From positions 1,088,001 to 1,152,000 of the forward strand of contig CAVSGM010000001.1 of the NCBI GenBank assembly GCA_963727485.1: DNA of 64,000 nt, given 5' to 3'. This stretch comes from an uncultured delta proteobacterium (GTDB taxonomy: Bacteria; Myxococcota; Myxococcia; SLRQ01). Shown one piece after another: positions 40,375 to 50,373 of the stretch (within the stretch, counting starts at the first letter, position 1; the number at the start of each line of letters is the position of its first letter). The position numbers and the translations under genes were made by a program. The notes beneath the pieces are model-generated. The model saw nothing but the letters and a program-made list of their open reading frames with translations. It ran no database searches and had not been told where the DNA came from.

Positions 40375-43300
40375 GCGTTGCCTCCCTTCTTGGCGCCGGC
40401 CTTCTGGGGCGGGCGCTCCTGGGCGTTCTGCTTCTGCGGCGTCGCCGGGGCGGCCATGGAGCCGGCCCCCGAGAGCAGCCGGCCGCCGGCGCCGCCGGGC
40501 TTGAACTTCTTGAGCGCCGTGGTCGCGGCCTGGCCCAGGCCCAGCTGCTGGAGGCCGTAGGCGAGGTTCTTCCGGCCCGCCTCCAGGCCCCCGTCGGCGG
40601 CCTGGGCGAAGGCGTCGAGGGCGCCCTCGTAGTCGCCCGCCTGCCAGCTGGCCACCCCCAGGAGGTCCTGGTCGGTGGGGCCGCCGCCGCTGCTCGCGGC
40701 GTGGGCGAAGACCAGCCGCGCCGCGTGGGCGTCGCCGGCGTCGAGGAAGGCGGTGCCCAGCTTGCGCAGGCTGTCGAGGTCGTCGGGGTTCCGGGAGAGC
40801 TGGTTGCGCAGGTCTCCGAGGCCCTTGATGTCGGCCCCGGCCGCATGCCGCGGCTTGAGCTGGTCGAAGGCCACCGGGTCGTGGCTGGGGAGCTTGCCCG
40901 CCAGGCAGGCGCGCACCGCCGGGTTGAACTCGTGACCCGTCCACGCCTGGTTGGCGCAGGCCTCGAGGGCGTCCTTGGACTCGCTGCGGAGCTTGTCGAT
41001 GCGCTGCTGGAGGGCGCCGCGAACCTGCTTGGCCTGGTCGGCGGTGAGCCCCGGGGGCATCTTCATGTTGGCGAAGCGGTCGGCGCTGGTCTTGGCCATG
41101 TACGCCAGCCGCCCCAGGGCCGCGGCGGTGATGAGCGGGCTGCCCTGGCGCGCCGCCTTGAGGTAGCTCTCCTCGGTCACCTGGAGCAGGCCGATGAACT
41201 CCTGGATCGACTCGACGCTGGAGCCGAGCTGGTACTTCTCCAGGGCCGCGTTGTAGACCTCGGCGAGGCCGTAGTTGGCCCGGGCCTGGGCCCCGGTGGA
41301 GGTGCCCGCACCGGACTTCATCACCTGGTCGAAGGTGGCCTCGGCGGCGTCGGTGTTGCCCTGGCGGAGCTGGGCGAGGCCGAGGCGCGCCAGGACGTCC
41401 GGGCTCCCGTCGTCGGCGTAGGGCTGGAGGTGGCTGACGATGTCCGCCGGCCGCCCCTCGCGCTCGAGGAGCTCGGCGAGGTCGGCCTCGGGGGCGGACT
41501 TGGCCGGGCCCTGGGCCTGGGTGATGGCCGACTGGTAGGCCTTGCGGGCGTCGTTGTCGTCGGCGAGCTGCTCCTGGAGCTGACCGGCGGCCACCAGGAG
41601 GGTCACCCGCTCGGCGGGGTTGGCCTGGGCGGCCTTGTGGAAGAACTGGATCGCCCGGTCGAACTCGAAGCGCGCCGCGGCGGTCCGCGCCAGGGTGGAG
41701 AGGATGCCCGGGAGCTGGTCGCTCTTGGGGTACTTCTGGGCGATCTGGTCGCCGAGCTTGTAGAGGTCGGTGCTGTCACCCGAGGCCCGGGCGGCGACGA
41801 AGGCGTTGAGCAGGGCCCGCTGCCCCAGGTCGGTGCCGGCGTAGCGCTGGGCGAACTTCTCGAGCTGCTTGACCCCGCCGCCCTCCTCGCCGGCGGCCGA
41901 GAGCGAGAGCTCGTCGAGGCGGCGCTGCTCGGCGGCGAGGACGATGGGCTTGATCTTGGCCTTGAGGGTGTCGCCCGCGGGGCTGCCCCCGGCGAGGTAC
42001 CGCCGGCCGGCGTTGATGAGGCCCTCGTAGTCGTCGATGGTGTTGTAGGAGTCGAGGATGAGGTTGATGGCCGCGTCGGACTCCTGGCTGCCCGGGTACT
42101 CGTAGGCCACGGCGTTGAGGCGCTCGATGGCCTCCCGGTAGCGCCCCTCGTCGTAGTAGGTCTGGGCGATGGCGAACTTCACCCGCCTCGCCTTGTCCTT
42201 GCCCAGGCCGAGGCCGAGCAGCTCGGTGCCGGCCCGGCGCAGGGCCGCCCGGGCGACCACCCGGTCGACGTGGTTGGGCGAGACCTTGGCCAGGGCCTTC
42301 TGGAGCTGCACCACCGAGTCGTAGAGGTCGTCCTTCCGGTTGGCGGTCTCCTGCTTCTTCGTGTCGGCCTTCGCCTTCGCCTGCTTCTTCGCCGCCTTCT
42401 TCGGCGGCGGCAGCGGCTGCTGCGCCCGCTCCTTCAGCACGGTCGCGGCGGCGAGGTAGCGGCGCCCGGCGTCGAGGGGGTCCCCCGCCATCTTCAGCAT
42501 GTCGCCGAGGTTCTCCAGCATGTCGGCGCGGTGCCTGGTGTGGGGGAAGGCGTCGAGGTAGGCGCGGTCGGCCATCGCCACCTTGGCGGCGAAGCGGGCG
42601 CTCTTCTTGCGGAGGGCCACGGTCTGGGCCCGGGTCGCGAGGTCGCGGGTGTAGGCCTCGAACTCCTTGACCAGGGACGCCCGGCGCTGGTCGGTGGTCC
42701 CCGGCAGCTCGGACTCACGCCGGGCGGTGGTGGCGATGAGCGTCACGTCCTGGCCCACCTCGTGGTAGCTCTTGAGGCGCTTGAGGGCCGAGTAGAGCAT
42801 CCGGGCGTCGTCGAGGCGGTCGGTGCCGTCGGGCCCGAGGGTGAGCAGCTCCCGGCCCACGGCGATGGCCCCGATGGCCTGGTCCATGATCCCGTAGCGG
42901 GTGGCGAGCTTCTCCAGGGCGGCGACGTAGTCGACGCGGTTCGCCGCCAGGTGGTGGAGGTAGGCCACCGCGTGCTCGGGCTTCTTCTCCCGGCTGTAGC
43001 AGTAGGTGAGGTCGACCAGGGCCTCCCGGCGCACGTCGATGGAGCGGCCGGTGATGGTGGTGTCCTTGCGGTGGCGCTTGCCCTCGGAGGCCACGTGCTC
43101 CGCCCAGCCCTTGGAGGCGATGATCGCCTTCTCGAAGTCGGAGAGGGCGTTCTTGCAGTCGCCCTGGTTCACCTTCACCCAGGCCTGCTTGTAGAACGCC
43201 AGGCCGCTGATGCGGCTGGGCCCGCCGCCGATGATCTGCCCGTACCACTTGGCGGCGTCGTCGAGCTGGTTCTTGTCGAAGTGGTAGTCGCCGAGGGTGA

Positions 43301-43814
43301 GCAGGGCCTCGTTGGCCAGGGGGCTGGTGGGGTACTTGGCGACCATCTCCTCGAGGGTCGACTGCATCTTGTCGAACTCCCCGAGCTCGCGCTCCTCCTG
43401 GCCCACGTCGAGGAGGATCCGCGGCGCCAGGGACGTCTTGGGGTAGCGCCGGAGCACCATGTGGTAGGTGGAGATCGCCTCCTCCTTGAGGAGGCGCACC
43501 TGGGGCACGTGGAGCACCTTGCTGGAGCGCTGCTCCCGCTCGTAGGCGACCTGGTAGTGGTACTTCGCCTCCTCGGAGAGGAGCTCGGCGAGGCGCACGT
43601 AGAGCTCGGGGAGGTAGGGGGCGCCCTGGGAGCCGGCGATGGTCCGCCGGGTCTCGGAGATGGCGTGGCGCACCTTGGTGATGCGGATGCGCAGCTGCTC
43701 CACGTAGGGGGTGTCGTGGACCACCAGCTTGTGGTGGGCGCACCCGCCGGCGAGGGCGAGGAGGGCGGCGACGAGGCCGACGCGGCCCAGGGGCCCGAGG
43801 GTCAGTCGATGCAT
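40371..43814 (-). CDS. Large TPR lipoprotein, GltD/AgmU-like
   Basis: LAGGC; RLAELLSEEA; KYPTS, LGDYHFD, YKQAW TPRs; context within glt-like cluster. Confidence 0.7.
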   Translation of the reverse strand: MHRLTLGPLGRVGLVAALLALAGGCAHHKLVVHDTPYVEQLRIRITKVRHAISETRRTIAGSQGAPYLPELYVRLAELLSEEAKYHYQVAYEREQRSSKVLHVPQVRLLKEEAISTYHMVLRRYPKTSLAPRILLDVGQEERELGEFDKMQSTLEEMVAKYPTSPLANEALLTLGDYHFDKNQLDDAAKWYGQIIGGGPSRISGLAFYKQAWVKVNQGDCKNALSDFEKAIIASKGWAEHVASEGKRHRKDTTITGRSIDVRREALVDLTYCYSREKKPEHAVAYLHHLAANRVDYVAALEKLATRYGIMDQAIGAIAVGRELLTLGPDGTDRLDDARMLYSALKRLKSYHEVGQDVTLIATTARRESELPGTTDQRRASLVKEFEAYTRDLATRAQTVALRKKSARFAAKVAMADRAYLDAFPHTRHRADMLENLGDMLKMAGDPLDAGRRYLAAATVLKERAQQPLPPPKKAAKKQAKAKADTKKQETANRKDDLYDSVVQLQKALAKVSPNHVDRVVARAALRRAGTELLGLGLGKDKARRVKFAIAQTYYDEGRYREAIERLNAVAYEYPGSQESDAAINLILDSYNTIDDYEGLINAGRRYLAGGSPAGDTLKAKIKPIVLAAEQRRLDELSLSAAGEEGGGVKQLEKFAQRYAGTDLGQRALLNAFVAARASGDSTDLYKLGDQIAQKYPKSDQLPGILSTLARTAAARFEFDRAIQFFHKAAQANPAERVTLLVAAGQLQEQLADDNDARKAYQSAITQAQGPAKSAPEADLAELLEREGRPADIVSHLQPYADDGSPDVLARLGLAQLRQGNTDAAEATFDQVMKSGAGTSTGAQARANYGLAEVYNAALEKYQLGSSVESIQEFIGLLQVTEESYLKAARQGSPLITAAALGRLAYMAKTSADRFANMKMPPGLTADQAKQVRGALQQRIDKLRSESKDALEACANQAWTGHEFNPAVRACLAGKLPSHDPVAFDQLKPRHAAGADIKGLGDLRNQLSRNPDDLDSLRKLGTAFLDAGDAHAARLVFAHAASSGGGPTDQDLLGVASWQAGDYEGALDAFAQAADGGLEAGRKNLAYGLQQLGLGQAATTALKKFKPGGAGGRLLSGAGSMAAPATPQKQNAQERPPQKAGAKKGGNA

Positions 43815-45280
43815 CGGTCCTCCGCGAAGACGACCAGGTCGTCGAGCTCGTCGGTCCAGAACTCACCGTCGAAGCGGTAGCCGACCTTCTTGCCGCCGAC
43901 CTGGATCTTCGGCGGCGGCGCCTCCGGGGGACCGCCGGGGCGCCGGCGCCCGCGGAGCAGGGCCACGGAGAGCTCGTGGAGGATGAGACGCACCCCCTCG
44001 TCGGCGGCCAGCAGGTCGTCGGCGAGGCCGTCGACCTCCCGGGAGAGGACCTCGTTCTCCCGGCGCTTCGCCTCGGCGATGCCCGCCTGGTAGACGTCCC
44101 GGAGGTGGAGGTAGAGGTCGGTGCCCAGCTTGCCGCGCAACCGCTTCACCGTCGCCGCCTCGCGCTCCAGGCGCTCCTTGTAGAGGGCGGCGGTGTGGGT
44201 CTGGCCCCGCTGCTCGGCGGCGGCGCGCAGGGCCCGGGAGTGGTCGAGGGGCACGCCGTCGTAGATGTCCTTGAGGGCGTCGCCGTGGCGCTCCCGGAGG
44301 CGGACCGCGGCGCGGCGGGCCGGGCCGAACTGGCACAGCCGCCGCAGGCACAGCGCCTCGAGGAGGAAGCGCTGGGGGGCGATGAGGTCGTGGTACTCCG
44401 GGGCGTCGAGGGCCAGGAGCAGGCCGAGCGCCCGGCGCGAGTCGCCCCGGTAGTAGTAGGTCCAGGCCATCTCCAGGAGCAGCTCGGGGTCGTTCGGCAC
44501 CAGCTTGCGGATCTTCCGGTAGTGGCCGAGCGCCTGGGCGTAGTCCTTCTGCTCGAAGAAGATCCGCGCCAGGCTCCGGTGGACCTTGGCGGCGAGGTCG
44601 GCGGGGAGGGTCTTGCCACCCCCGGCGAGGATGGCCTGGAAGGCCTTCACCGCGTCGTCGAGCTTGCGGGCCGCCACCAGGCGCACCGCCTGCACGTACC
44701 GGGCGCGCCAGTAGTAGCTGCTGGTCTTGGGGATCCGGGCGAAGCGCAGGTCGGCCCAGGCGTCGAGGCCCTCCCGGGCGCTGTCGAGGCCCTGCTCGTA
44801 GTCCACGAAGGGCTGGACGTCGGCGGGCAGGTCCGGGAGGTCGGCGGAGGCGATGAAGCCCCGGACCAGGGTGGCGTCGTCGTGGGGCCCGCCCATGACG
44901 ATGCGCATGATCCCGCGGACCGCCTCGGGCACCAGGGTGGGATCGCGGCGGGCCCGGGCGATGTCGAGGTAGCGGAGGCTGGCGGCGTAGGTCAGCCCCA
45001 GCTTCTCCTCGCTCTCGCCGATGAGGCGCTCGGCGCGGTCGTAGCGCGGGTCGTCGGTGGTGGCGCCCTTGAGGTAGTGGAACGCCGCGGCGGAGGCCAC
45101 CGCCGGGCTGCCCCCCTGGGTCGCCCGCACCGCCATGGCGTAGGCGTCGTCCCGGTCCTTGGGCACGTGGGTGGTGGCGCAGGACGCCAGCAGGCACGCC
45201 AGCGCCACCACGCCGGCCCGCCGCCCCCCCGGCCACCTGCGGGGATCAGAGCGAGAGGCCGAGGCCGATCCAGAGCTCAT
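43802..45280 (-). CDS. TPR lipoprotein, GltC-like
   Basis: LLEMAWTYY..ALG, LCQF, C-terminal FDGEFWTDEL motif. Confidence 0.75.
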   Translation of the reverse strand: MSSGSASASRSDPRRWPGGRRAGVVALACLLASCATTHVPKDRDDAYAMAVRATQGGSPAVASAAAFHYLKGATTDDPRYDRAERLIGESEEKLGLTYAASLRYLDIARARRDPTLVPEAVRGIMRIVMGGPHDDATLVRGFIASADLPDLPADVQPFVDYEQGLDSAREGLDAWADLRFARIPKTSSYYWRARYVQAVRLVAARKLDDAVKAFQAILAGGGKTLPADLAAKVHRSLARIFFEQKDYAQALGHYRKIRKLVPNDPELLLEMAWTYYYRGDSRRALGLLLALDAPEYHDLIAPQRFLLEALCLRRLCQFGPARRAAVRLRERHGDALKDIYDGVPLDHSRALRAAAEQRGQTHTAALYKERLEREAATVKRLRGKLGTDLYLHLRDVYQAGIAEAKRRENEVLSREVDGLADDLLAADEGVRLILHELSVALLRGRRRPGGPPEAPPPKIQVGGKKVGYRFDGEFWTDELDDLVVFAEDRCID

Positions 45281-45878
45281 TGTGGATGTCCGAGGTCGTG
45301 AAGAAGGCGAGGTCGCGCAGGTCGAGGCGGAAGGAGACGGTGTGGCTCATGTAGAACCGGAAGCCCATCCCCAGGTCCACCACCGGGCGGCCGGAGCGGG
45401 TGAGGGTGCCGTAGCCGCCGCCGGCGACGAAGAAGATCTCGCCGTGGATGACGTTCTCGTTGAGCAGGGCGCCCTTCCAGTAGATGGGCTTCCACATGAA
45501 GTTGCTGGTGGCGTACCAGATCACCCGCTCGAAGGGCGTGGGCTGGACGTCGAGGGCCAGCAGGTCCGCCTTCAGGTGGGTGTCCACCGGGAAGGAGTAG
45601 GAGCCCTGGATCATCTCCCAGGCGTAGAGGTCATCGAAGTGCAGGGTGTAGGAACCGCTGACCGTGATGCCCTTGGTGAACGCGTCGAGAGGAAGCACGC
45701 CCACGGCGACGTCGAACTCGTGGCGCTCGAAGTCCTGGCGGTTCTGCACCGCCACCGTGGACAGCGCCGTCCCCGACGGCGTGTCGGCCCGGGCGGGGGT
45801 GGCGAAGGCGAGGGTGGCGAGGGCGGCGATCACCGCGCTGGCGCCCGCATTTTTCAACATCGTAGACGGCCTCCTCAT
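45246..45878 (-). CDS. Outer-membrane beta-barrel protein, GltA/B/H-like
   Basis: Signal ..ARA; AVQNR, DAFTKG, PIYWK, GFRFY..RLDLRD, terminal GLSL. Confidence 0.8.
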   Translation of the reverse strand: MRRPSTMLKNAGASAVIAALATLAFATPARADTPSGTALSTVAVQNRQDFERHEFDVAVGVLPLDAFTKGITVSGSYTLHFDDLYAWEMIQGSYSFPVDTHLKADLLALDVQPTPFERVIWYATSNFMWKPIYWKGALLNENVIHGEIFFVAGGGYGTLTRSGRPVVDLGMGFRFYMSHTVSFRLDLRDLAFFTTSDIHNELWIGLGLSL

Positions 45879-48769
45879 GAGGGGACGCTGCGGAACATGA
45901 AGGGATAGGCGATGCTCACGCTGCCGCCCTTGGGGCGGGGAAAGCGCATCCGCTTGATCACGCGGATGATGCAGCGGGACACCTTGGCGTCGTTCATGCT
46001 GCTGGAGCGCTCCCGGGCGGTGGACACCCGGCCGCTGGCCAGCACCGTCCACTGGAACTCGACCTTGCCGCCGAGGCCCGGGTGGTGATTGAGGGCGCGC
46101 TCGTAGCAGCCCTGGATCTGGCCGAGGTGCTCGTTGATGACCTTGAGCACCTGGGAGCGGGAGAGGCTGCCCGAGACCCGGGCCAGGGCCCGGATGCCGC
46201 TGACCCGGCCGCGGACATGGCCGCCGCCGCCCCGGCCCCGGAGCTTGCCCACGCCGTTGCCGGCGATCTCCTTGCCGGAGAGGGTGCCGATGTCACCGCC
46301 CCCGCCGGTGGCGAGGTTGACCTTGCCGCCCTTGAGGGCCGCGAGCGTCCCCGCCACCTTGAAGGCGCCGTGGCTGTGGCCGGACTTGCCGCCCACCGCG
46401 TCGATGTTGGAGACCACGTCCTTGAGGGTCTTGCCGTTGCCGGCGACCGGCGAGCGCAGGGCGTTGAGCAGCGAGGTGGTGCCGCCGCCGCCCCGGCCCC
46501 CGCCGTGGTGGCGGAAGCGCTTGGTGATCCGGGCGATGCGCCGCTGGAGGCGCTTGGGGATCTGGGGCTGCGCCTCGGTGGGATCGGCGCGCCGGAGGGG
46601 GATGACCTTCGGGTGGTGGCGGCGGCGCTTCTTGTGGTGGACCCGGTGGTGGGCGAGCTTCTTCGGGGTCTTGAGCTCGGCGAAGCGCTCGGCGAGCTTG
46701 GTGTTGGCCACCGGGATCTTCACGCCCACCACGCTGGAGAGCATGAAGGCGAGGAGCAGGAGCATGTGGATGCCCACGGCCCCGCCGATGCACGCGCCCC
46801 AGACCTTGGCGGCGAAGGGGCTCCGGGGGCTCCGGGGCGGCGCCGGTGGCCGGTAGACCCGGACCCGGTACTGGAAGCCCTCGTGCTCGAGGAATCGAGG
46901 CGGTCGTTCTCGTCGAGGACCACCTTGGCCGGGCCCAGGAGGGACTCCTGGCCACCCCTCGCGCGCCGCAGCAGGCCCTGGGCGTTCTCCGGGAGCTTGA
47001 CGGTACAGGTCCGCGGGCCCATCCGCGCCAGGTGCGGGTGGCGCCGGGCCCGGTAGCCCTGGAACGCCCGGAGCACCGCCGAGTCGAGGATGGTGGCGCC
47101 CTGGTGGAAGAGCACCTCGGCGACGGGCTTCTCCTCGCTGCTGCCGATGGGCGAGGAGGCCGGTCCGTCGCTGGCGCCGAGGAGCGCCTCGAGGGGCAGC
47201 TCCGGGAGCAGGGGGACGTCGTCCTCGTCGTCGTCGTCGGGGATGGGCCCGGTGGCGTCCACCGGGTACTCGAGGCTCCGCGACGCCGGCGCCGGCGAAC
47301 GCGACGGAGGGGGCGCCGGGGGGGGCGGCTGGGGCCGGGGAGGCGCGCGGGTGGCCGGGGCCGGCTGGGGCTGGGCGGTGGACCGGGTGGGCTGCCGCGC
47401 CGCCGGGGCCTGGGCCGCGGGGTCCGGGAGGGCGGGGTAGGCCGGGAGGGTGGCCTCGCCCCCCACCGGAGGCGCCTGGCGCGCGGGGGCGGTGGGCGGC
47501 GCCGCCTCCGGCCAGGGCGAGGCCTGGGGCCGGGGCGGCGGGGTGGCCATGGAGTCGAGGAGGGAGCGGGGGACGTGGGTCTCCTGGGTGACCGTCTCCT
47601 CGAAGGAGACCGCCTCCACCGCGTCGTCCCGGCCCTCGGGGCCCGCGAGGCTGCGCAAGAGCTCCGGCGGCACCTTCATCTGCACCGTCTCGTCGAAGGC
47701 ATCGTCGAGGGGCGCCGACCCGTCCGGGGCGGTGGTGTTCACCGCGGACGCCTCGGGCTCGTGGACGAAGACGGTGGAGATCTCGGCTGACCACCTCGGG
47801 CTCGATCTTCGCCGCGTCGCTCTGGATGACCTTCGCCCAGGCCGCGAGCCGGTCGGGGAAGAGGCTCTGCATGTACCGGGAGAGGTGGACCGGGGTCACC
47901 GGGGTGCCCTGGCCGTGGATGAACCGCTCCAGGGCGAGGTGCATCTCGTGGCAGTCCTGGAACCGGCGGTCCGGGTCCTTCTCCAGGGCCTTGAGGACGA
48001 TGGCGTCGAGGTCGGCGGGGATGCCCCGGCGCATGGTGCGCGGTGCCACCGCCGGCTGCTCGCAGATGGCGCGCACCAGGGCGAGGTCGCTGTCGGACTC
48101 GTAGAGCCGGGCGCCGGTGACCAGCTCCCAGAGCACGATGCCCAGCGCGAAGATGTCCGAGCGGTGGTCGAGGGGCTGGCCGCTCGCCTGCTCCGGCGAC
48201 ATGTAGCCGTAGTTGCCCTTGACCATCCCCACCCGCGTCGACTGCACCTTGGTGGCGGCCTTGGCGATGCCGAAGTCGACCACCTTCACCTGCCCCTGGT
48301 AGGAGAGGATGAGGTTCGCCGGGCTCACGTCCCGGTGGACCAGGTGGAGGGGGCGCCCGTCGTTCCCGGTCTTGGTGTGGGCGTAGTAGAGCGCCTCGCA
48401 GACCTGGGAGACGACCTTGGCGGCGTAGGTGACCGGCATCGCCATGTTGCCGCGGTCGGAGAGGCGCCGCTCCACGAAGTGGAGGTTCTCGCCCCGGACG
48501 AACTCCATGGCGAGGAAGTAGTCCTTGCCGTCCTGCCCGAGGTCGAAGAGCTGGACGATGTTGGGGTGGTCGAGCTGTGCCGCCAGCCGGCCCTCGTCGA
48601 GGAACATCTGGACGAAGTCGGCGTTCGCCGCCAGGTGGGGCAGGATGCGCTTGATGACGACGAGCTTCTGGAACCCGCCCACGCCATGCTGGCGGGCGAG
48701 CCAGATCTCGGCCATCCCGCCGGTGGCGAGGTGGTGCAGCAGCTCGTAGCGACCGAGCTTGCGGCTCAA
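45875..48769 (-). CDS. Ser/Thr kinase fused to GltG/AgmX-PglI-like TM-TonB-C protein; two apparent frameshifts (near 47790 and 46893)
   Basis: GGMAEIW, VVIKRI, HRDVSPAN, DFGIAK, YMSPEQ; Pro-rich linker; TM IGGAVGIHMLLLLAFML; GSLSRSQV..IQGCYERAL..KV...W..FPRPKGGSV.IAYPF. Confidence 0.78.
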   Translation of the reverse strand: MSRKLGRYELLHHLATGGMAEIWLARQHGVGGFQKLVVIKRILPHLAANADFVQMFLDEGRLAAQLDHPNIVQLFDLGQDGKDYFLAMEFVRGENLHFVERRLSDRGNMAMPVTYAAKVVSQVCEALYYAHTKTGNDGRPLHLVHRDVSPANLILSYQGQVKVVDFGIAKAATKVQSTRVGMVKGNYGYMSPEQASGQPLDHRSDIFALGIVLWELVTGARLYESDSDLALVRAICEQPAVAPRTMRRGIPADLDAIVLKALEKDPDRRFQDCHEMHLALERFIHGQGTPVTPVHLSRYMQSLFPDRLAAWAKVIQSDAAKIEPEVVSRDLHRLRPRARGVRGEHHRPGRVGAPRRCLRRDGADEGAAGALAQPRGPRGPGRRGGGGLLRGDGHPGDPRPPLPPRLHGHPAAPAPGLALAGGGAAHRPRAPGASGGGRGHPPGLPRPPGPRGPGPGGAAAHPVHRPAPAGPGHPRASPAPAAPPGAPSVAFAGAGVAEPRVPGGRHRAHPRRRRRGRRPPAPGAAPRGAPRRQRRTGLLAHRQQRGEARRRGALPPGRHHPRLGGAPGVPGLPGPAPPAPGADGPADLYRQAPGERPGPAAAREGWPGVPPGPGQGGPRRERPPRFLEHEGFQYRVRVYRPPAPPRSPRSPFAAKVWGACIGGAVGIHMLLLLAFMLSSVVGVKIPVANTKLAERFAELKTPKKLAHHRVHHKKRRRHHPKVIPLRRADPTEAQPQIPKRLQRRIARITKRFRHHGGGRGGGGTTSLLNALRSPVAGNGKTLKDVVSNIDAVGGKSGHSHGAFKVAGTLAALKGGKVNLATGGGGDIGTLSGKEIAGNGVGKLRGRGGGGHVRGRVSGIRALARVSGSLSRSQVLKVINEHLGQIQGCYERALNHHPGLGGKVEFQWTVLASGRVSTARERSSSMNDAKVSRCIIRVIKRMRFPRPKGGSVSIAYPFMFRSVPS

Positions 48770-49243
48770 CGGTGCCCCTTCTTGTCGTGGTAGCCGGGTC
48801 CGAGGACCGGATCGACGATCAGGTGGAGGTAGCTCTGCTTCAGCTTGAGGAGCGGGGGGAGGCGCCGGGGCGCCCGGTTGAAGAGGTACACCGCGCCGTG
48901 AGGAGGCGGTCTGGCCCTGCACCAGGCGGGCGTCGAACTCCATGACCCGGGAGCGGCGCAGGGGGCTGCCGTTGCCGCCGGCGGCGGCCTTGCCGTCGGC
49001 GGCCGCCGGGGCCGGGGTGACGGAGGCGGTGGCCGGCGCGGCGGCCTTGGGGGGCGGCGCCTGCTTCTTCTCGACGCGGTGGCGGCGGTGACGCACGCGC
49101 CGGTGGCGCCGCCGGCGGCGACGGTGGCTGCCGCAGTCGGTGGCGCGGGCCCGCACGCCGGCCGGCGACCCGGCCCGGGCGGCCCGGGGGGCCACGAGCG
49201 CCAGCATCGCCGCGAGGGCGAGAGTGGGGGCGAGGGTGCGCAT
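48766..49243 (-). CDS. Small secreted GltF/CglF-like protein; apparent frameshift near 48900
   Basis: Signal ..AARA; MEFDARLVQGQT then GAVYLFNR...LLKLKQSY in the shifted frame; stop overlaps kinase TTG. Confidence 0.6.
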
Positions 49244-49248
49244 GGAGC

Positions 49249-49797
49249 TCACTTCTTCATGATGGCCAGGCGGTACTTGTCGAAGCCGGCGATGCGGGCC
49301 GAGCGCATCACCAGGTAGAGCGTCTTGTAGGAGAGCCCCTTGTCGGCCTGGATCACCACGATGTCGGCGTCCGGGGTCTGGTCGTCGCCGCTGTCGGCGG
49401 AGTCGCCCTGGTCGTCCTGGTTCGCCTGGTCGTCCTTGGCCTTGGCCGCCGCATCGTCGCCGTTCGGGTGGTGCGCCTTGTAGGCGGCGGTCATCGCCTG
49501 GACCACGGCGTCGATCTGGCCGGCGTCGTAGTCGTCGGCGGGGGCCTTTCCGTGGTCGAGGGAGAAGATCTTCTTCTTGGCCACGAACACCCCGGCCTCG
49601 GTGACGGCCATGTTCACCGCCGGCTTGAACACCGAGTGCGCGGTGCTCTCGGGGAGCTTGAGGTCGGGGCGGAGCTTGAAGTTGTAGTCCTCGTTGCTGA
49701 AGCTGACGATGAGGAAGATGAGGATGATGGTGAACATGTCGAGAAGCGAGGTCAGCATCAGCGCTGGCGGCTTCTTCGCAGACGCGCGGTGTCTCAT
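49249..49797 (-). CDS. ExbD/TolR-family subunit
   Basis: LTSLLDMFTIILIFL TM; LPES; IQADKGLSY. Confidence 0.9.
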   Translation of the reverse strand: MRHRASAKKPPALMLTSLLDMFTIILIFLIVSFSNEDYNFKLRPDLKLPESTAHSVFKPAVNMAVTEAGVFVAKKKIFSLDHGKAPADDYDAGQIDAVVQAMTAAYKAHHPNGDDAAAKAKDDQANQDDQGDSADSGDDQTPDADIVVIQADKGLSYKTLYLVMRSARIAGFDKYRLAIMKK

Positions 49798-50351
49798 GGC
49801 GTCGCCCCTCCCGTGTCCCCGTCCTTGGGTTTGAGGATCCGGCTGAACACGGTCACCGGGAACAGGGGCTTGTGGAGCGGGTCCTTGGTCTTGCCCTGGT
49901 CGATGATCTGCTCACGGGTGGTGTCGAGGACCGCCACCAGGGAGTTGTAGGAGATGCCGTCGTCGGGGAGCACGATGACGGTGTCGCTCTTGGGGTACTG
50001 GCCCTTGATCTGGATCAGCCGCGCCTGGAGGGCCTTGAGGTCGTAGGCGCCGTTCTTCTTGGGGACCTCGAGGCTCATGTCCGAGAGCTCGGAGTCGGGG
50101 ATGTTGTTGCCGGTGGCCGAGAGCTCGAGCTTGTCGGGGAGCACCTGGAGGTTGAGGGTGACGGTCTTGGTCTTGTCCGGGTGCGGGTTGCCCTGGGGCA
50201 CGTGGGTGGGCAGCGACGAGGGGATGACTCCGATGTGGTAGAACGCCGCGCCCATCAGCAGGAACGGGATCAGGGTCATCATCAGGTTCATGATCGGAAT
50301 GAGGTTGAGGTCGTCGACCTCATTCTTCGCCTGACGCCATCTGTCGAACAT
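49794..50351 (-). CDS. ExbD/TolR-family subunit (TM Asp replaced by Asn)
   Basis: LNLIPIMNLMMTLIPFLL; LPDDGISY..LV.VLD. Confidence 0.88.
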   Translation of the reverse strand: MFDRWRQAKNEVDDLNLIPIMNLMMTLIPFLLMGAAFYHIGVIPSSLPTHVPQGNPHPDKTKTVTLNLQVLPDKLELSATGNNIPDSELSDMSLEVPKKNGAYDLKALQARLIQIKGQYPKSDTVIVLPDDGISYNSLVAVLDTTREQIIDQGKTKDPLHKPLFPVTVFSRILKPKDGDTGGATP

Positions 50352-50373
50352 GAGTGGGAGCCCTTCGGCGGAA

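Noticed and set aside
28917..43880. Long antisense ORFs (e.g. 28917..32030, 32064..34982, 40701..43880)
   Set aside because: Shadow frames of high-GC3 genes on the opposite strand, with no recognisable motifs
45875..49252. GltF-like peptide fused to the kinase in the 1125-aa ORF
   Set aside because: A signal peptide before a cytoplasmic kinase is implausible; removing one base near 48900 gives a separate gene ending at 48766 that overlaps the kinase TTG
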